Source: Mytilus edulis (taxonomy: Eukaryota). From it: 64,000 nucleotides of DNA. Below the pieces are notes generated by a model, which was given only the letters and a program-made list of their open reading frames with translations, ran no database searches and was not told the origin of the DNA. The stretch spans positions 19,282,001 to 19,346,000 of the forward strand of contig NC_092347.1 in NCBI RefSeq assembly GCF_963676685.1. Direction: 5' to 3'. Shown here piece after piece: positions 24,013 through 38,240 of the stretch. Every line of letters begins with the position of its first letter. The stretch's first letter is position 1. The translations under genes and the position numbers were made by a program.

Positions 24013-27000
24013 AATCTACAGCGGAGGCATGACGTAAATACAAATAAAAAACTATTTACTAGCCTATCACTAATAAGTTTCAATTAATAACAGTAATTCA
24101 CGTTAATTCACCTGGTTGTAATATATTCTCTATCACGAAAAATCTATTTTATATACCATTAGATGAATGTCTCTGTTAAAGGCTATTGTTTTCTTTTACC
24201 CAACACTTATTGAAAATAATTTTGCTACCAGGATATGTAGTTCTTTTTGAAAGTATATTCTTAGAAGATTTTAAGGCTTACTTGTGTTCATTTTGTGTCT
24301 GTATTTTCTCATAAATATAGTTATAAAATGATTTACGAAGGACGCAAAAAAATAATCACAGACTTGGAATTAATGACCATAGTTGACACAGGCAATGTTA
24401 CACTCAAATGACACACAAACCAAAAGAAATCAGACAATACTGCATCATGGGTAAAAACTTAAGACAAATGAATAACGTACTTAGGCTAAAAGAAGGCAAA
24501 TGCCGTGTCACGGCCATACAAACAGAGATCTACAATGCTGTGACATGACCAAACAAATAAAGACAACTCAATGTAATGGCCAAAGAAATAAAACACATCC
24601 ACAAAATACTTTCTTAACTACGCGTTTGAATGCTAGATCATTGAGATTTATCTCATGGATACTCCTTGTGTATCTACTCCGAAAACTAAGCATTGAGCAA
24701 CACAAACTCTATCAACAACCGGGGTTGAACTCAGATGTTCATTAGGGACTTTCAACCGAATAAATCTTAATTATGCTTTATGTCTGGTTATCAAATAAAA
24801 TCTTTTAGGGAAAGATGAAAAATACTGCCAAATTTCAAAGAGAGTGTTTTGTTGGAAGCAATACTGGAGATGTCATATTTGACAGCATCTTCTGTATTAT
24901 GTAAATCCGATTTAATTGATTTACCACCATCCAGTGCTACAAGGGAAATATCGGACGGAAACTTTGCAACAAATGTTCATTAACATTTATCGGATTTCCC
25001 ATGACTACTGCAAGAGTTGTAATTCTATTACAAACTGATCCTCTTGTCAAACAGTAAAAATGTCGATGCTTAAAATTATCAGGTTTGATAAAGCTAAGAG
25101 TAAAAGTCGTTTAACTTATTGATACCAACTCTTAAGTGTTGACAAAAATTAAAGCTACAAGATCCAAATAATATTTGCCGAATTCATAAAACTATTAAAA
25201 TGTCATTTATAATGGAACTAAATGTCATTGGCCTTTCCCGATTTTTATAATCAAAATGAAACGATAATGAAATACACTTAAATCATTTGCAGTCGAAAAA
25301 TTTGTATGTTGGCGCTCAAATTAAACTTGAAGCGGATTTGATTGCTTTTAATTATTCCTAAAAGCAGAAAATAAATCAAATCTTTAAAAATTAATAAGAA
25401 ATATTTTATTTTTTATTTTAACCTTTTAAACACTTTGAAAACCCAAGATTACGCAACGTTATTTTTGTAGGCTGTTCTTATCTGGAGTTGAGGCAGGTAA
25501 TTACAAACACAAAGTATTGAAAAATAACGGACACATGTATATGGACAATTCAAAACATGTTTGACTTCCCCCCTAAAAAATTAAAATGCGCATTCACACA
25601 CATTTGCTGATTTTCATTCAAGTACTATTTTCTCCACTATAGATTACACATAAAAGATTAGTAGATATGAGAAGGTGTGGTATGAGTGTCAATGAGACAA
25701 CTCTCCGTCCAAGTCCCAATTTGTAAATGTTAACCATGATAGGTCAAAGTACGGCCTTCATCATGGAGCCTTTAAGACGGCTCACACCGAACATATTATC
25801 TTTTAATAACAGCATCCCCATCTTGGAAGTGAGAAATATTGACGATACCAAGATAGATGATATGAATAAGGACAGCCAGCATAAAAATGACTTAAAGATA
25901 AACAATGTTTTACAAAATGAACGGTTGTGAATTTAGCCGATCCTTAAAGCTTGCTATCTAAATATGATAACAAAATGCACGAGTATTTGTTTTTCTTCTG
26001 GAAACGTTGATCCTGAAATATTATATATTAATAGATATATATATATATGTATAATATCTTTAATTATAGTTTCCAAAAATTTTCTCAAACTAGAAACCAA
26101 CTAGTACTATCTATACTAGAGAACCAGAATAACCATTCCTATGTAACATTAAATGTATACACTGATTAATCGGTTTCCATGAATCTGTTTATATCAAAGA
26201 ACCAATAACTCCGAGGTCATCGAAATGCTGAAAACGATAACATTTTGAAAAGTAAAACTTGACAGATGATTCTTGTACCCAAAATACACTTGTGTATAAT
26301 TTCATTGTGTTTTTACAATTGCTGTTTCTTTGACCCACCCTCATCTCCATCATAGTGACGTATACCAATTTCTCTTTTTATTCGTACTTCTTATTTTCCA
26401 AATGGTCTACTTAACCGCTTTGAAAATTCCAATCAACTAACTTTACAACTGTTAAAGACAGACATCTGAAATACGTTTGTAAAATGTACTCTTGTGAGAG
26501 ATCAGTCTACATAATCTTTATATTAATGATCTTTAACTGTGTCGTTTGGTCTCTGGTGAAGAGTTTTCTCAACTAAACCACATCTTCTAATGTGTATATC
26601 TTCTCGTCGTTTGAAGTACAAAAAGGCTTTTAAATACAATGCCGTACTTGCGTACCATTTTATTTGAAAACGTTTTATTTCATTTGTTTGAGCATTTTGA
26701 ACTTCTAAGAATTGTTATTAACATTGAGTTATGTGCTAACATCATATATATATGAAACATTAAGCATTTACAGACCTACTGCTGTGCAATTTGTCAGTTC
26801 CCTCTTATCATTTTGGCTCATTTAAGTTTATGTTATCGAAAAATTACGAAACAATTAACATGTTACAGATTTTTGTTGTAAAACTGCAACAGAGAAATTG
26901 TTAACGTTTACTCAGTAACATATTGACAACTAATCCGTCTGTGTTGTCTGATGGAGGTGATAGCTAAAGAAAACTAATGAGGCATACTGTTCGGGTAATT

Positions 27001-30000
27001 CTTTGAAAGATTACTATATGTAATTACATGTGAACGTTGTAAAGTGGTAATAAATCATACATAAATTTATTACATCGCTTTATCAGACAAGTTTGATGTC
27101 TATCAATTTGTAGAAGTGGTATAATTTATATTTTTGTACGATAAAGAAAGAATTTTAATTGATTTTTGTTCTTTGTAAGTCTTGATTTTTGACGAAAGGA
27201 GACGTACGGAGTTGATATCATCTTCAATTGGACATCAATATGTCGACAAAACATATCTAAAAGACATCTGGAGAGCAAACTATGTCAAGGTAAAAAACGT
27301 TGACAAAAATCTTGAAGGTTTCAATGAATTAAAAAAACACAGTCAAGAAAAAAATCACCAGAAACTATAAATCAAATATTTGTAATGCACAAAACAACCA
27401 CTGACGAGTGATATGCTGTTTGTCTATTATAGTACGGTTGAACACGCAGTCGTAATTGCATGGAGAGTGGCTTTGTCTGTATTTCAGCATATCTTTTTTC
27501 CAAACTGTCTATTGAAAATAATGAAAATGGCGTTTGAAGCAAACTCCAATTTCTATATCTTAAACGTTCTTTAACTTTTACAAATTGTGACATGGATGGA
27601 TAGTAGTCTCATTGGCACTCTTCTTATATCTATTTTAGTTCTGATATTGTAACGACATATAAACAAGAGTATCCTCTGATTTATTCTGGTTTAATAAGAA
27701 GTAAGCTTTGTTGTACAATGTTACATTTTCTAGGACAACTAAACTCCCTTTCATCCTTTCGTCGCTAGTTAATTAACTTTACTTGTTGACATAACTTATC
27801 ATTTAAACATTTATCTATTGTCCTACACTGAAGTCACCTTTCTTGATAAATCTTTATCAAATGGAGTATTTTAGAGCCAAGCGGGTTGTACTGCATAAAC
27901 AATAAACTATTGTTCGGCACGAAAATATACTTGTTCTGGAACACGACCGACTAAAGTTATCTTTTTCTTAGGAAGAAAGCAATTTTAGTTTTAACCTAAA
28001 GAGATTACATAATTGACTGGAAATGGATTGTTTTACTTAGGAATCATACTGCAATCAAGTACGATGAAGGATGATAAGAAAAAATGTCATATTAGAAGCA
28101 TTAAAACAATCTGGAACGGAGACACACGATAGACATGCCCTGGACATTTTGTATCTTGACTTTCTTTTCCCCTGTATATTTAGAGTTTGTGACTTATTTA
28201 AATCCGTCATTTATAGTTTTGTAAAAATGATCAAAGACTTTATTAGTAAAAAAAACAGGCTCATTTATTCACTACAAGCTGAACAAAGACCTTCTGGGAA
28301 ATTCCTGTTTTATGTCTGTTTTTTAAGGCGATTAAAATAAGCATGCACATTTTAACACAATCAAAAGGAATTGTTTACTTTTTCAAATAAAAAAGAAAGA
28401 AAATGAGAAAATAATTACAAAAATTATTGTCCTTGCGGGTTTTTAACACAATTAGATGTAAAATTACTAAATTTAAGTGGAATTTCTCGGTCAACAAGCG
28501 ATGTTCTGACAAAGGGTGTGCCATAACAAAGATATTTTTTTTTCATTCTCTTTGTTTCAGCATCACAATATTGAAAGCCGAGCTAAAACACATTGCAGTT
28601 TTTTTCAGGTATATTTCCTTGCATATCATAATTGATAGTCAAATACTTAGAAGTCTTTAATAGAATATTTAAATGAAGTGTTCATTCTTGCTGTTTTAAG
28701 AGCATGCATATAAACCCCATAAGTGCGAACTTTAAAAGAATAAGGATTTTTTTTTAATAAAATAACGGACTAAACACACAGACAATGAGTAAAAAAAAAT
28801 GTTCATCTGGCCACTTTTCGGGGTTTAACTTCGTCAACATCTCAAAATAAAACAGTTAGAGCCAAGGATGTTTGAAGTCTTGTGAAATTTTGTGTATGCA
28901 CAAATTAAGTTTATGAATCACGTCATACTAAGCCAATCAATGAAAGAACATGGAATAAACCTTACTGTTATTTACGTGTCTAGTTTACATATATTAGTCC
29001 ATATTTTGCTAATTTCCTTTCTAAACGATCTTCATTGGAACAACTGACATTCATTGTCCATACATTGTACGGTTATTTTGGAATGAAAGTGGCACATTGG
29101 ACCTTTCAGGGCACACCTTTTGCTTGTGGGGCAGTTATTTCGATTTCAAAATCTTCGTCTATATATAACTACCATACTGGACATACCTGTGTATGTATAA
29201 ATCCACACGTAAACGGATGACCTTCAGCAAACATTTCTGTAGGTATTGCCAGCGTTGAACTGCAAATGTTTGTTTCGTTTGTTTTTTTTAAATATCTGTG
29301 ATATGAAAAATATTAAAACTTTGAGTCTTACCAGTTATATATCTGAACCAGTATTAAAGTGTAGTATTCTAGAAAGACTGGCAGTTTTGGATTGCTAATG
29401 TCTACGATAATACGCCAGTTATTAATGTCTTTGGTTTCTTTGAAAACTTTGACTGCGGGCTTTAACTTAACGACAATTGATATTGTTGAGTTGTCAGATT
29501 TATGTTACAAGGATTAATATGAATAAAATGGTTAATTATACATCAATAAATATGAATAAAAAGGTTATTTATATATATCAATGAATTTGAATAGAGAGGT
29601 TACTTATACATCAATCAAACAACAGAAAAAAGCTAAGAAAGACATATCACGTCAACACAACATGTCCCCATACTCTATATGTCAAACTCTTTATCGTATC
29701 TAGATTTTAAACCAAGTTGTGAATAAATTTGTTACAGAATAATGTACTTGATATTACCTCGGGTTTCGTGTTGTTAACTGGAGTTTGACTGTCCTAACGT
29801 TGCTAACTTACCGTTTTTCAGCTATGAAAATGTCAATTTGTTTTCTACTTGGCATGCGATTTTGAATGTTTCTTTTAAATTTGTATCTCTTTTACCAAAC
29901 CTATTTCAAGATTTGCTTTCAACACCTTTATTAAGATACATAAGAAAAAATACAGATATTTAAACCAATACAACCGTCACTATAACTAATTGTATGGAAC

Positions 30001-31545
30001 GTTCATACTAACATGCTTGGATTTAAATGTTTTCTAAATGGTTCTCGATCTCCACCATTTAGTATTGGATCATTGCAATACATGTAATAGAGACAAACGT
30101 ATATATAACAAGAATACAAAAATCAGTTTAGATTAACAGTTATCAAGTACAGTATGTCTTAAAATATTAATTCAACTTTAAATCGATGACAAAAGTGATA
30201 CATACAAAATCACAGAAAGCCATCTGACATTTTATTTACTGATATGATTAATCTTTCTCTTAATCAATCATCATAGGGTGGTTTTAATATGCCGATAAAG
30301 CAAAATGAATTTTTCAACCTTTCACTCTCTTTTGTCCTCACTTCCGTTGCAAATATGATAAAAACTAAGAAAATTGATTTTAGGCAAAAACTGACTGAAA
30401 ATATTGGCAGTGATTGTACAACATTGAGTGAATTGAACAGCTCTACAAATTTGCTTTTATAAAACTCAGGAAGCCATACACCAAAAGGTGAAAGGTTTTC
30501 TTTCTGGCTTACACGAAAAGTCTTATTAGTAATGATTAAATAAGTCCAGCGAAGGCGACCCACCAGGGAGTTATAGTAATCTTGTTGCTGTAATCTTATT
30601 TATAATTTCCAGTTAATTGGAAATAACTAAATATAATTACAATCTGATATTTATACAATTATTTCTATGGTTAAATTATTGGACTTTAACACTTTAGATT
30701 ACGTATAAAGCCACAACATGCGTAAATATATTACGTGAAAACACATTGCTTTCAAATCAGTTAATTACTCTTAGTTTTAATCAAAAACAGTGTTAGTACA
30801 ATAGAATTTAACTGGTAAATGTGAAAGTCACGTGGTTACGGACATAATACATTACACCACATATCAGTTACATACATATTCGTTCAGGCATCTTTTGAAT
30901 TTGTAAGATTGTCAGGCATTTGATTCTTTGGACTTTTATTTCTCATGCATACCATGGCTGATGTGCCCATTTTTATGCATCCTGTCATTGTTTTAACTTG
31001 CCAACCCACAGTATAATATTGCATGTGACCTTGTTGCTCATTCATTTCGAAGATACAGTAGTTTCACTAGGTTTTTTTTTGTTTAATATATTTTTGACTA
31101 TAAATATTTTCTGGGTCTCCGTCTTCATATAACATGTAGATTTCATATAGTATAAATAAACATGTCAACATGCCATTGTCCTTGTCTTGTATTAACTATG
31201 TTTTAGTATAAAAAAAAATTATGCTAGAGTACGCGTGTTATAATTCTGTTTGACCACAAACTGCAATCGGTCAATGAAGATTTTCTAAGTTTAAATATTT
31301 TATTCCAAATAGATGTGTATCACAACGGTCAATGTAGAACGATATGTACTTTAATGAAGTCAGTTTGGATTTGCACAACACATGTGTTCGGCTGCTGTTT
31401 TCGAACTACTCAATTAAAGCACACCGAGTTGCATAAAACATGTTTTAACAAGTTTGCATTGGCTGTAATCCATTATTTTAGCAAGACTTAATGAACAAAA
31501 CCCAGAGGTACGAACAGATAAAAATAATGATCAATAAATAATTCC

Positions 31546-32010
31546 CTGCCAAAAATCAGTAGTTAGAATAGGTTTGATTAGTATTTAGTTTTCTATGTTG
31601 TGTCGTTGTACTATTGTTTGTCTTTTTTTCTTCTTAGTCATGGCGTTGTCAGATAATTTTCGATCTATGAGTTTGAATGTCCATCTGGTATCTTTCGCCC
31701 CTCTTTATTGAACTACATATATAACGAAATTCATTTATCAGATACTGTCTTTACTGCCAAAAATCAGGTATTAGAATAGTTTGAATAGTCAAACTTAAGA
31801 ACAATTTATAGAAAAGGTCTGAGCTGCTAAACAAAAGTTATTAGAATAGGTCCGAACTACCAATGGTCCTAAACGTTAAATATCTGTAACTTGAATTGGT
31901 CTGACTGCTAAACATCGGTAATTTGTATAATAGGTCTGAACTGCTAGAAACATCTAATTTAAATAGGTCTGAACTTAAAAAATCACTAAAGAGATTAGTT
32001 TGCACTGACG
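31546..32010. repeat. Degenerate ~35-40-bp tandem repeat interrupted by a family D fragment (31575-31706)
   Basis: Recurrent AATAGGTCTGAACTGCTA-like and CTGCCAAAAATCAG motifs. Confidence 0.55.
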
Positions 32011-34054
32011 AAAGTCACTCGGTTAAATATGTATTACGTCAAGAGAACGATTTGTGTGATAGCAATTCAAGAGTTTATATTAGCAGTATAATCTGTTAAA
32101 TTAATATAATATTGCTGTTAAGTTTTATTTTCATTTGCTTCTCATAAATATTCCTATCAAAACGCTGAGGTAAGCATTATTCCTTTAGAAATGCAGTCTC
32201 AACTATATCTATTTATATTAAAGAATCATCCATATTTTTATTTTGTGGCCGAAAGGAAGTTAACTCTTCAATCTTATGATTTAAATATGGCAAATTATTG
32301 TCTTCAAGTGTTTTGATACTAAACCGGTCATTTGCCTTGAAATAAAACATGCAGATGTTTATATTTGACAAATAAAACTGTATGAATGGATTACATTTTA
32401 AGTATGAGTGATCGTGACACAAGATTTAAGTTGCCTCATGATTATAGGTCTGTCAAAAATAAGAACTGGTATTGGTCTATTAAAAGAAATGTTTTGTAAG
32501 TTTTATAGCTAAAAAAGATTGAGTAAAGATCATCAATGTACACGACAGAAGTGATCTCTGTGTGGTTTACTAGATTCCTAACACTTAATCGGTTGTATTG
32601 AATCCTGGTAGTTCTGGAACTGCATTTACATTGTAATAGTTTGTCATCTTTATGTTCCGGGAAGTCATCTATCTTTGTCTGAAATCACATTATCTTTCAT
32701 TATCTGAAGCAGTATAACATTAATACCTTGCAGTCATAGTTCTAATGTCGGAAGTGGTTTTTTGTCTAAATAACATTATTAGATTTCTTTTCTGATACAT
32801 CTGATAGTTTCATTAAATATATAAATATCGACGTTCTCAATTGGTATTTAATGCTCATATATTGTTTACTTCATACACTGAATGAAAATAAAAAAGCAAA
32901 CACACATCATATTCTTAAATACGTATGTAACTAGTTATGGGTGTATGGTATTGAAACAACAACCCAACAGATGAAAAAACAGACAACAAACAAAATCAAA
33001 AACAGTAATAGCTATTATATTTTTATAGATCTGACGAAATCTATTAACGTTATAAATATTCAGATAGTTTTATAATTCATCGATTTATTAGTTATAATTA
33101 TTATAAATTTATGATCAATCCTTCATCCTGTGGGATTATGATTTTTATGAACATTTAATAAAGCAAATAGGAAATATGTATTTTTATTCTCTTCCGGTTT
33201 TTGGGTGGAGTTCATATTGAATTCATCTTTAATTTTCTGTGCATTGCACAGTTTGCTGATTTTTGTTCGTGGTTTCGTCGTTTGTCTTCTAATAATAGTG
33301 ACTGTTATCTTTTCTCTTTAACTAGTGGGTTTTGCGCAAAGCCTTGTCACAAAGTAATTTGAATTTCTGATATTGCTGATCTTAGGGTTAAGAAAAGATT
33401 TGTACAATGAAGATGATGTATTCCACGAAAAGATTTAACTCAAATGTACCTTTTATTCTTTTATGATGTAACAATGACATGAATTGGCTGTCAGGCAGTT
33501 CCTAAGGTAATTTCTTTGAGTAAAACCAGTTTTATGTTAGCTGCAAATCAGAGGAACACGAGATAATTTTGATGTCATAGATAAGAAAGAAATAAAACTT
33601 GCTGCTTTATACTTTCGTAACATTATGCCGATAAGAAATCAGTTTTCATAAATCAACGAAAATTCCGCACAAAATTTGTATTGTTGTGCCAAAAAGTTCA
33701 AGTATCATATGTATTACTAGAACAATAAACCATTCAGACTTACATAAAAGTATTCAACTAGGTGTACTTTTTATCTATATTTTTTTTAATTTATTTTGGA
33801 TTAGTCTATAAATTCATTAATTCATTTATTTCTGGCATTTATTAGCTGCTACATCTACCAGATAAGTATGTCATGAGTTCAAAAACTAATTAGAAAGATT
33901 ACTTGGTACACGTTTGAAAACCAGGTGTGGCATTATTAACAGAGCGAGTATTACACTCGATAAAACCAGGTTTTGATAGTATGCGACATGTGTTGCTGAC
34001 CCTTCCGGAATACGTGGTTAACCCTGTCAGCTAAACTGTGTTTCTCACATACGG

Positions 34055-34174
34055 AATGTGTAGAGTGCTGTGTACATAATGTGTAGAGTGCTGTGTACAT
34101 AATGTGTAGAGTGCTGTGTACATAATGTGTAGAGTGCTGTGTACATAATGTGTAGAGTGCTGTGTACATAATGT
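34055..34174. repeat. 23-bp minisatellite x5.2 (AATGTGTAGAGTGCTGTGTACAT)
   Basis: Identical units at 34055, 34078, 34101, 34124, 34147. Confidence 0.95.
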
Positions 34175-34294
34175 TCTTGTGTTTTATGCCAGCTTTGTCT
34201 TCAATAGTATCTTTATAATACAATATACAAATGCACCACGCACTTAGACTGGAGTCTTTAAAATATTTGAAGATGCATAACAAAGCATATGTTC

Positions 34295-34532
34295 AGAAGT
34301 TGTCGTTTGTTGATGTGGTTCATAAGTGTTATCTCGTTTTTTATTGACCGTTGGTTTTTCCCGTTTAAATGGTTTTACACTAGTAATTTTTGGGGATCTT
34401 TGTAGCTTGCTGTTCGGTGTGATCCAATGCTCCGTGTTGAAGACCGTACTTTTACCTATAATGGTTTACTTTTGCAAATTGTGACTTAAAAGGAGAGTTG
34501 TCTCATTGGCACACATACCAAATTTCCTTTAT
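34295..34532 (-). repeat. Dispersed repeat family A variant copy
   Basis: GTTGTCGTTTG...GTTGAAGACCGTAC...GAGAGTTGTCTCATTGGCAC. Confidence 0.7.
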
Positions 34533-36050
34533 CTGCTAACAAAGATCTACAATAATGCCAGAAATGAATGCAAACATGTCAAGGTTCCCGACTTGAGACA
34601 CCCCATGATCATAATACAAGGAGGGTTTAAACATTTCGTATAGACTATTTTAGCACGCAGCCATTGGTCTTGTTATCAACAAAATTTACAAAGAATGACA
34701 TGCAACAGTTCTTAATACAAGTAATAGCTTTTCTAAAAAGCTTGCCGTATTTTAGCTGATTATATTGAGATCAGTGGTTTGTGAGTAGTTTATTTTTATT
34801 GGAATATTGCACTTCAAGCAATATGAAAACATAGCGCTTTTTTTCTACTAATTTGTCATTTTTGTTGTATTATTGGTGGACCCGTGTTATAATGGAAGGA
34901 GACTTAATAAAATTGAGAATGGAAATGGGGAATGATATTATAATAAAATGTATTCTGTGTCTATAATCAACTTGATAAAAATAGCATATAACCTACACAT
35001 ACTTTTGAGGGTTACTACTTGACAAAATGGACAACAACAGAAGGCAGTGGCGGATCCAGAGGGGGACGTAAAGTGTGTACGCCCCATCCCCCCCTTTTTT
35101 GCTCGTTTTTTTTTAAATGATTAATCATACGCGACTATGTGAACTTTGCCATTTCCTGTGTACTCTATTATTTAATTTTTATCTGACAATTCTTTCCTTA
35201 TAGAGGTATTTTTCGCTGGAATTTACTGATTGTGTTCAGTACTGTCTTTTTGTATGTTATTTGTTATTACCTCTCTGTCATGTCCAGTTTGGTCCTCCAT
35301 ATTTCCGTCCTATTTCGAATTCACAGAAAGTTCTCAAAGTACAAATTTCAGTAATTTTTTATCCCTCAGTGTAAATGTTTATCTCTAGAAATACTATAGA
35401 ATTCACTATATAGTTCAGTAATACACTCCACAAATCACTATTTAACTGATAAAAACTGATTTTTTGGGGAGCTCAATCGTCGAAATGTAAACAATCATAG
35501 GTGCGTTCGAAATAACACTCTCATGAAAAAAGTTCCATGGCAATATTATTTACCTACGAAAACATGTTTAACCCCAAACGCCATTGTCATGATTGATATG
35601 GACTATATAAAATTGCTGTTTGGTGTGAACCAAGCTTTGCGTTGAAGACCAAACTACAACCTTTAATAGTTTACTTTTATAAATTGTGACTTGGATAGAC
35701 AGTTGTCTTTGGTACTTACATGTATATGAGATCCAGTAATATCTATCTACAAGATTGAGAACACATTTTTTTGTAATAAATTTAAAACATATTTAATTCT
35801 GTAATATCTGATAATATGTATCAGTTATTTGTGATTTTTCATTTGATGTGTTCTCTCTGGTAATGGGAGTATCAGCATGATCAGTTGATTGGTTGTGATA
35901 AGAAAAATGGGGCAGTTTGCAATTGTCATGTGCAGGTACACCACATGTGGATCTTCTTTCCCCTCTCATTTATAAAATTGTGCATGCTATTTATCACAGA
36001 AACGCACCAGTATTTTGGTGAATGAAACACTTGTCATATTAAATTAAAGT

Positions 36051-36210
36051 CAGAGGTGGAGTTAGAGGGTTTTTCGGGGGGCCTGGGCCACCCCTTTTTT
36101 AGGAAAAATTTTGTTGTTTTTATAGGGAATCACTGAAGCATGACTGGAGTTGGCCCCTTCTTAGGCAGTCAGTGGGCTCCCGCTTATGAAAATTTCTGGA
36201 TCCACCACTG
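36051..36210. mobile_element. 160-bp MITE, CAG...CTG ends, 5-bp TSD AAAGT
   Basis: AAAGT|CAGAGGTGGA ... TCCACCACTG|AAAGT; 9/10 TIR. Confidence 0.82.
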
Positions 36211-37667
36211 AAAGTTTGAGTAAAGTTAGATAAGGATTTATGACAAATTATGTTGAAATTTGCACAGATAATGAATGAAAAATCTAGTAAATTAAAAAAT
36301 AGGCACTATTATTAAAAGCTTTCCTTGCTTATTCACAAGGACATATCATATCCTTCATGCTATTCCGATCTGAGTTTTTATTCATACATGTACATACATG
36401 TAGTCTGGTGCTGTTCCAAGTAGTCTTCTTTTTTCTGTTTCTTGAGAAGTATTTGTTTTACCTGTTCAGTCACTGTAAAGTGTTACAATTCATATTTAAA
36501 CGCAACACATAAATAGTGACCAAAAAGGTATGGCTATCACATGAGAGAAGCTAGAAAAAAGTCAAATGTATACATTTTAAACATTTTTGTGGGACCATGA
36601 AAATGTGGTATATAGATAGATATGCATAGATAGACCATAGAACAAATAAGCAAACAATTCAAAGGAGATGTACATGTAAGATGAATTATGAAAAAAAAGA
36701 GCCATGGCCAGGGGCCCCAAACTTGACAGCATTTGGTGTTGAACAGGTAAAATGTTTGCAGTGACAATAAATATAGCCTTTGTTAGAGGTGACCCAGGTC
36801 GCCTTTCTCTAAATCAGCTACTAGTATATTAAACATATTTCTGGGCCGGGTTGAAAAATAAATGAAAATGACTTTAAAAAAAGCTAATAGAAATACACCA
36901 AATTTGGGAGACATCTATTTAAATGTTTGAAATAATAAGAAAGTTGACAAGAACTAAGCTTTTTCAGATAATATACTATTGCAGTCAGCCTATAATACTC
37001 TTTGCCTCCTGAAATGTTTGCTTATACACTGTGCTTTCCTATAATGATTTAAAATCAGTGTGATAGTTTTCATGAAGAACACTGAGCGTACAGGTATTAT
37101 GACAAGATAAATGTTGTGTTAACTTACATGTACATGTATCTACCGGTACCAAATAAGTAAAATATAAAAATTCTTGACTTCTAAAACCACTCCAGTGATT
37201 GATCTCCTGATTTATATCTCATCACTCTATGCAGATGCTGTGTGAAAAAAAAATTGACTTACCAGTATGCTTCTATCCATTGAGTTGATTTATTATTAAT
37301 TATTTTGCTTTAGCTTATTGCTACAATATGTATATCTGCCATTACAAACTGTACATGCATGTACATCACATATATTCCATGTAAAATTTTGATGTTAATA
37401 CAAAATATATGATGCCACAATGGAAAAGTAATTGTTGTATGACGTTAATGGTTAAAATGGGACAGATTCTCAGGTCAGCTGGGACAATAAGGGGGGGAGG
37501 GGGAGGGGGCGACTTCTCCAGTCGTGCTTCAGTGATTTCGTACATAATCAACCAAATAGTAATATTGTTCATCACGAAAAAATATACTAAGTGTAAGACC
37601 TGATGATGTGAATAAATTGAAATCAGACATATCAAATGAAGTTTTCAGTGCTTTTGATATATCAATG

Positions 37668-38092
37668 GGCAATCTGATGAGTTAAGCCTTTTTTGACTGA
37701 TTTTTATAGTTTGTTCTTATGTTGTACTGTTATACATGTACCACTGTTAGGGGGAGGATGGGAATCCCGCTAACATGTTTTACCCCGCCACATTATTTAT
37801 GTATGTTTCTGTCCCAAGTCAGGAGCCTGTAATTCAGTGGTTGTCGTTTGTTTATGTGTTACATATTTGTTTTTCCTTCATTTTTGTATATAAATAAGGC
37901 CTTGGTTTTCTGGTTTGAATTGTTATACATGTCATATCAGGGCCTTTTATAGCTGACTGTGTTGTATAGGCTTTGATCATTGTTGAAGGCTGTACGCGTA
38001 CGCGGTGACCTATAGTTGTTAATGTCCGTGTCATTTTGGTCTCTTGTAGACAGTTGTCTCATTGGCAATCATACCACATCTTCTTTTTTATA
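37668..38092 (-). repeat. Dispersed repeat family A, long copy
   Basis: Reverse complement of 61601-61960 with extra extension. Confidence 0.88.
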
Positions 38093-38144
38093 ATGACTGC
38101 TGATCACCACTGTGTCCATACTGGGACTATTATGGTCCAACAAC

Positions 38145-38240
38145 CAGTGGCAGATCCAGAAATTTTCATAAGTGCAGGCCCACAAAATTTCCCAGAAAAG
38201 GATGACAAGCCCCCTGGCCCCCTTCTAAATCAGCCTCCTG
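38145..38240. mobile_element. 96-bp shorter relative of the 36051 MITE, opposite orientation, 5-bp TSD ACAAC
   Basis: ACAAC|CAGTGGCAGATCCAGAAATTTTCATAAG ... TAAATCAGCCTCCTG|ACAAC; left part is the reverse complement of 36183-36210. Confidence 0.8.

Noticed and set aside
37600-37700. Two CTGATGA motifs as additional hammerheads (also 1523 minus strand and 63676)
   Set aside because: No stem II closed by a correctly placed GAAA and stem III; 63676 is coding (SDE).
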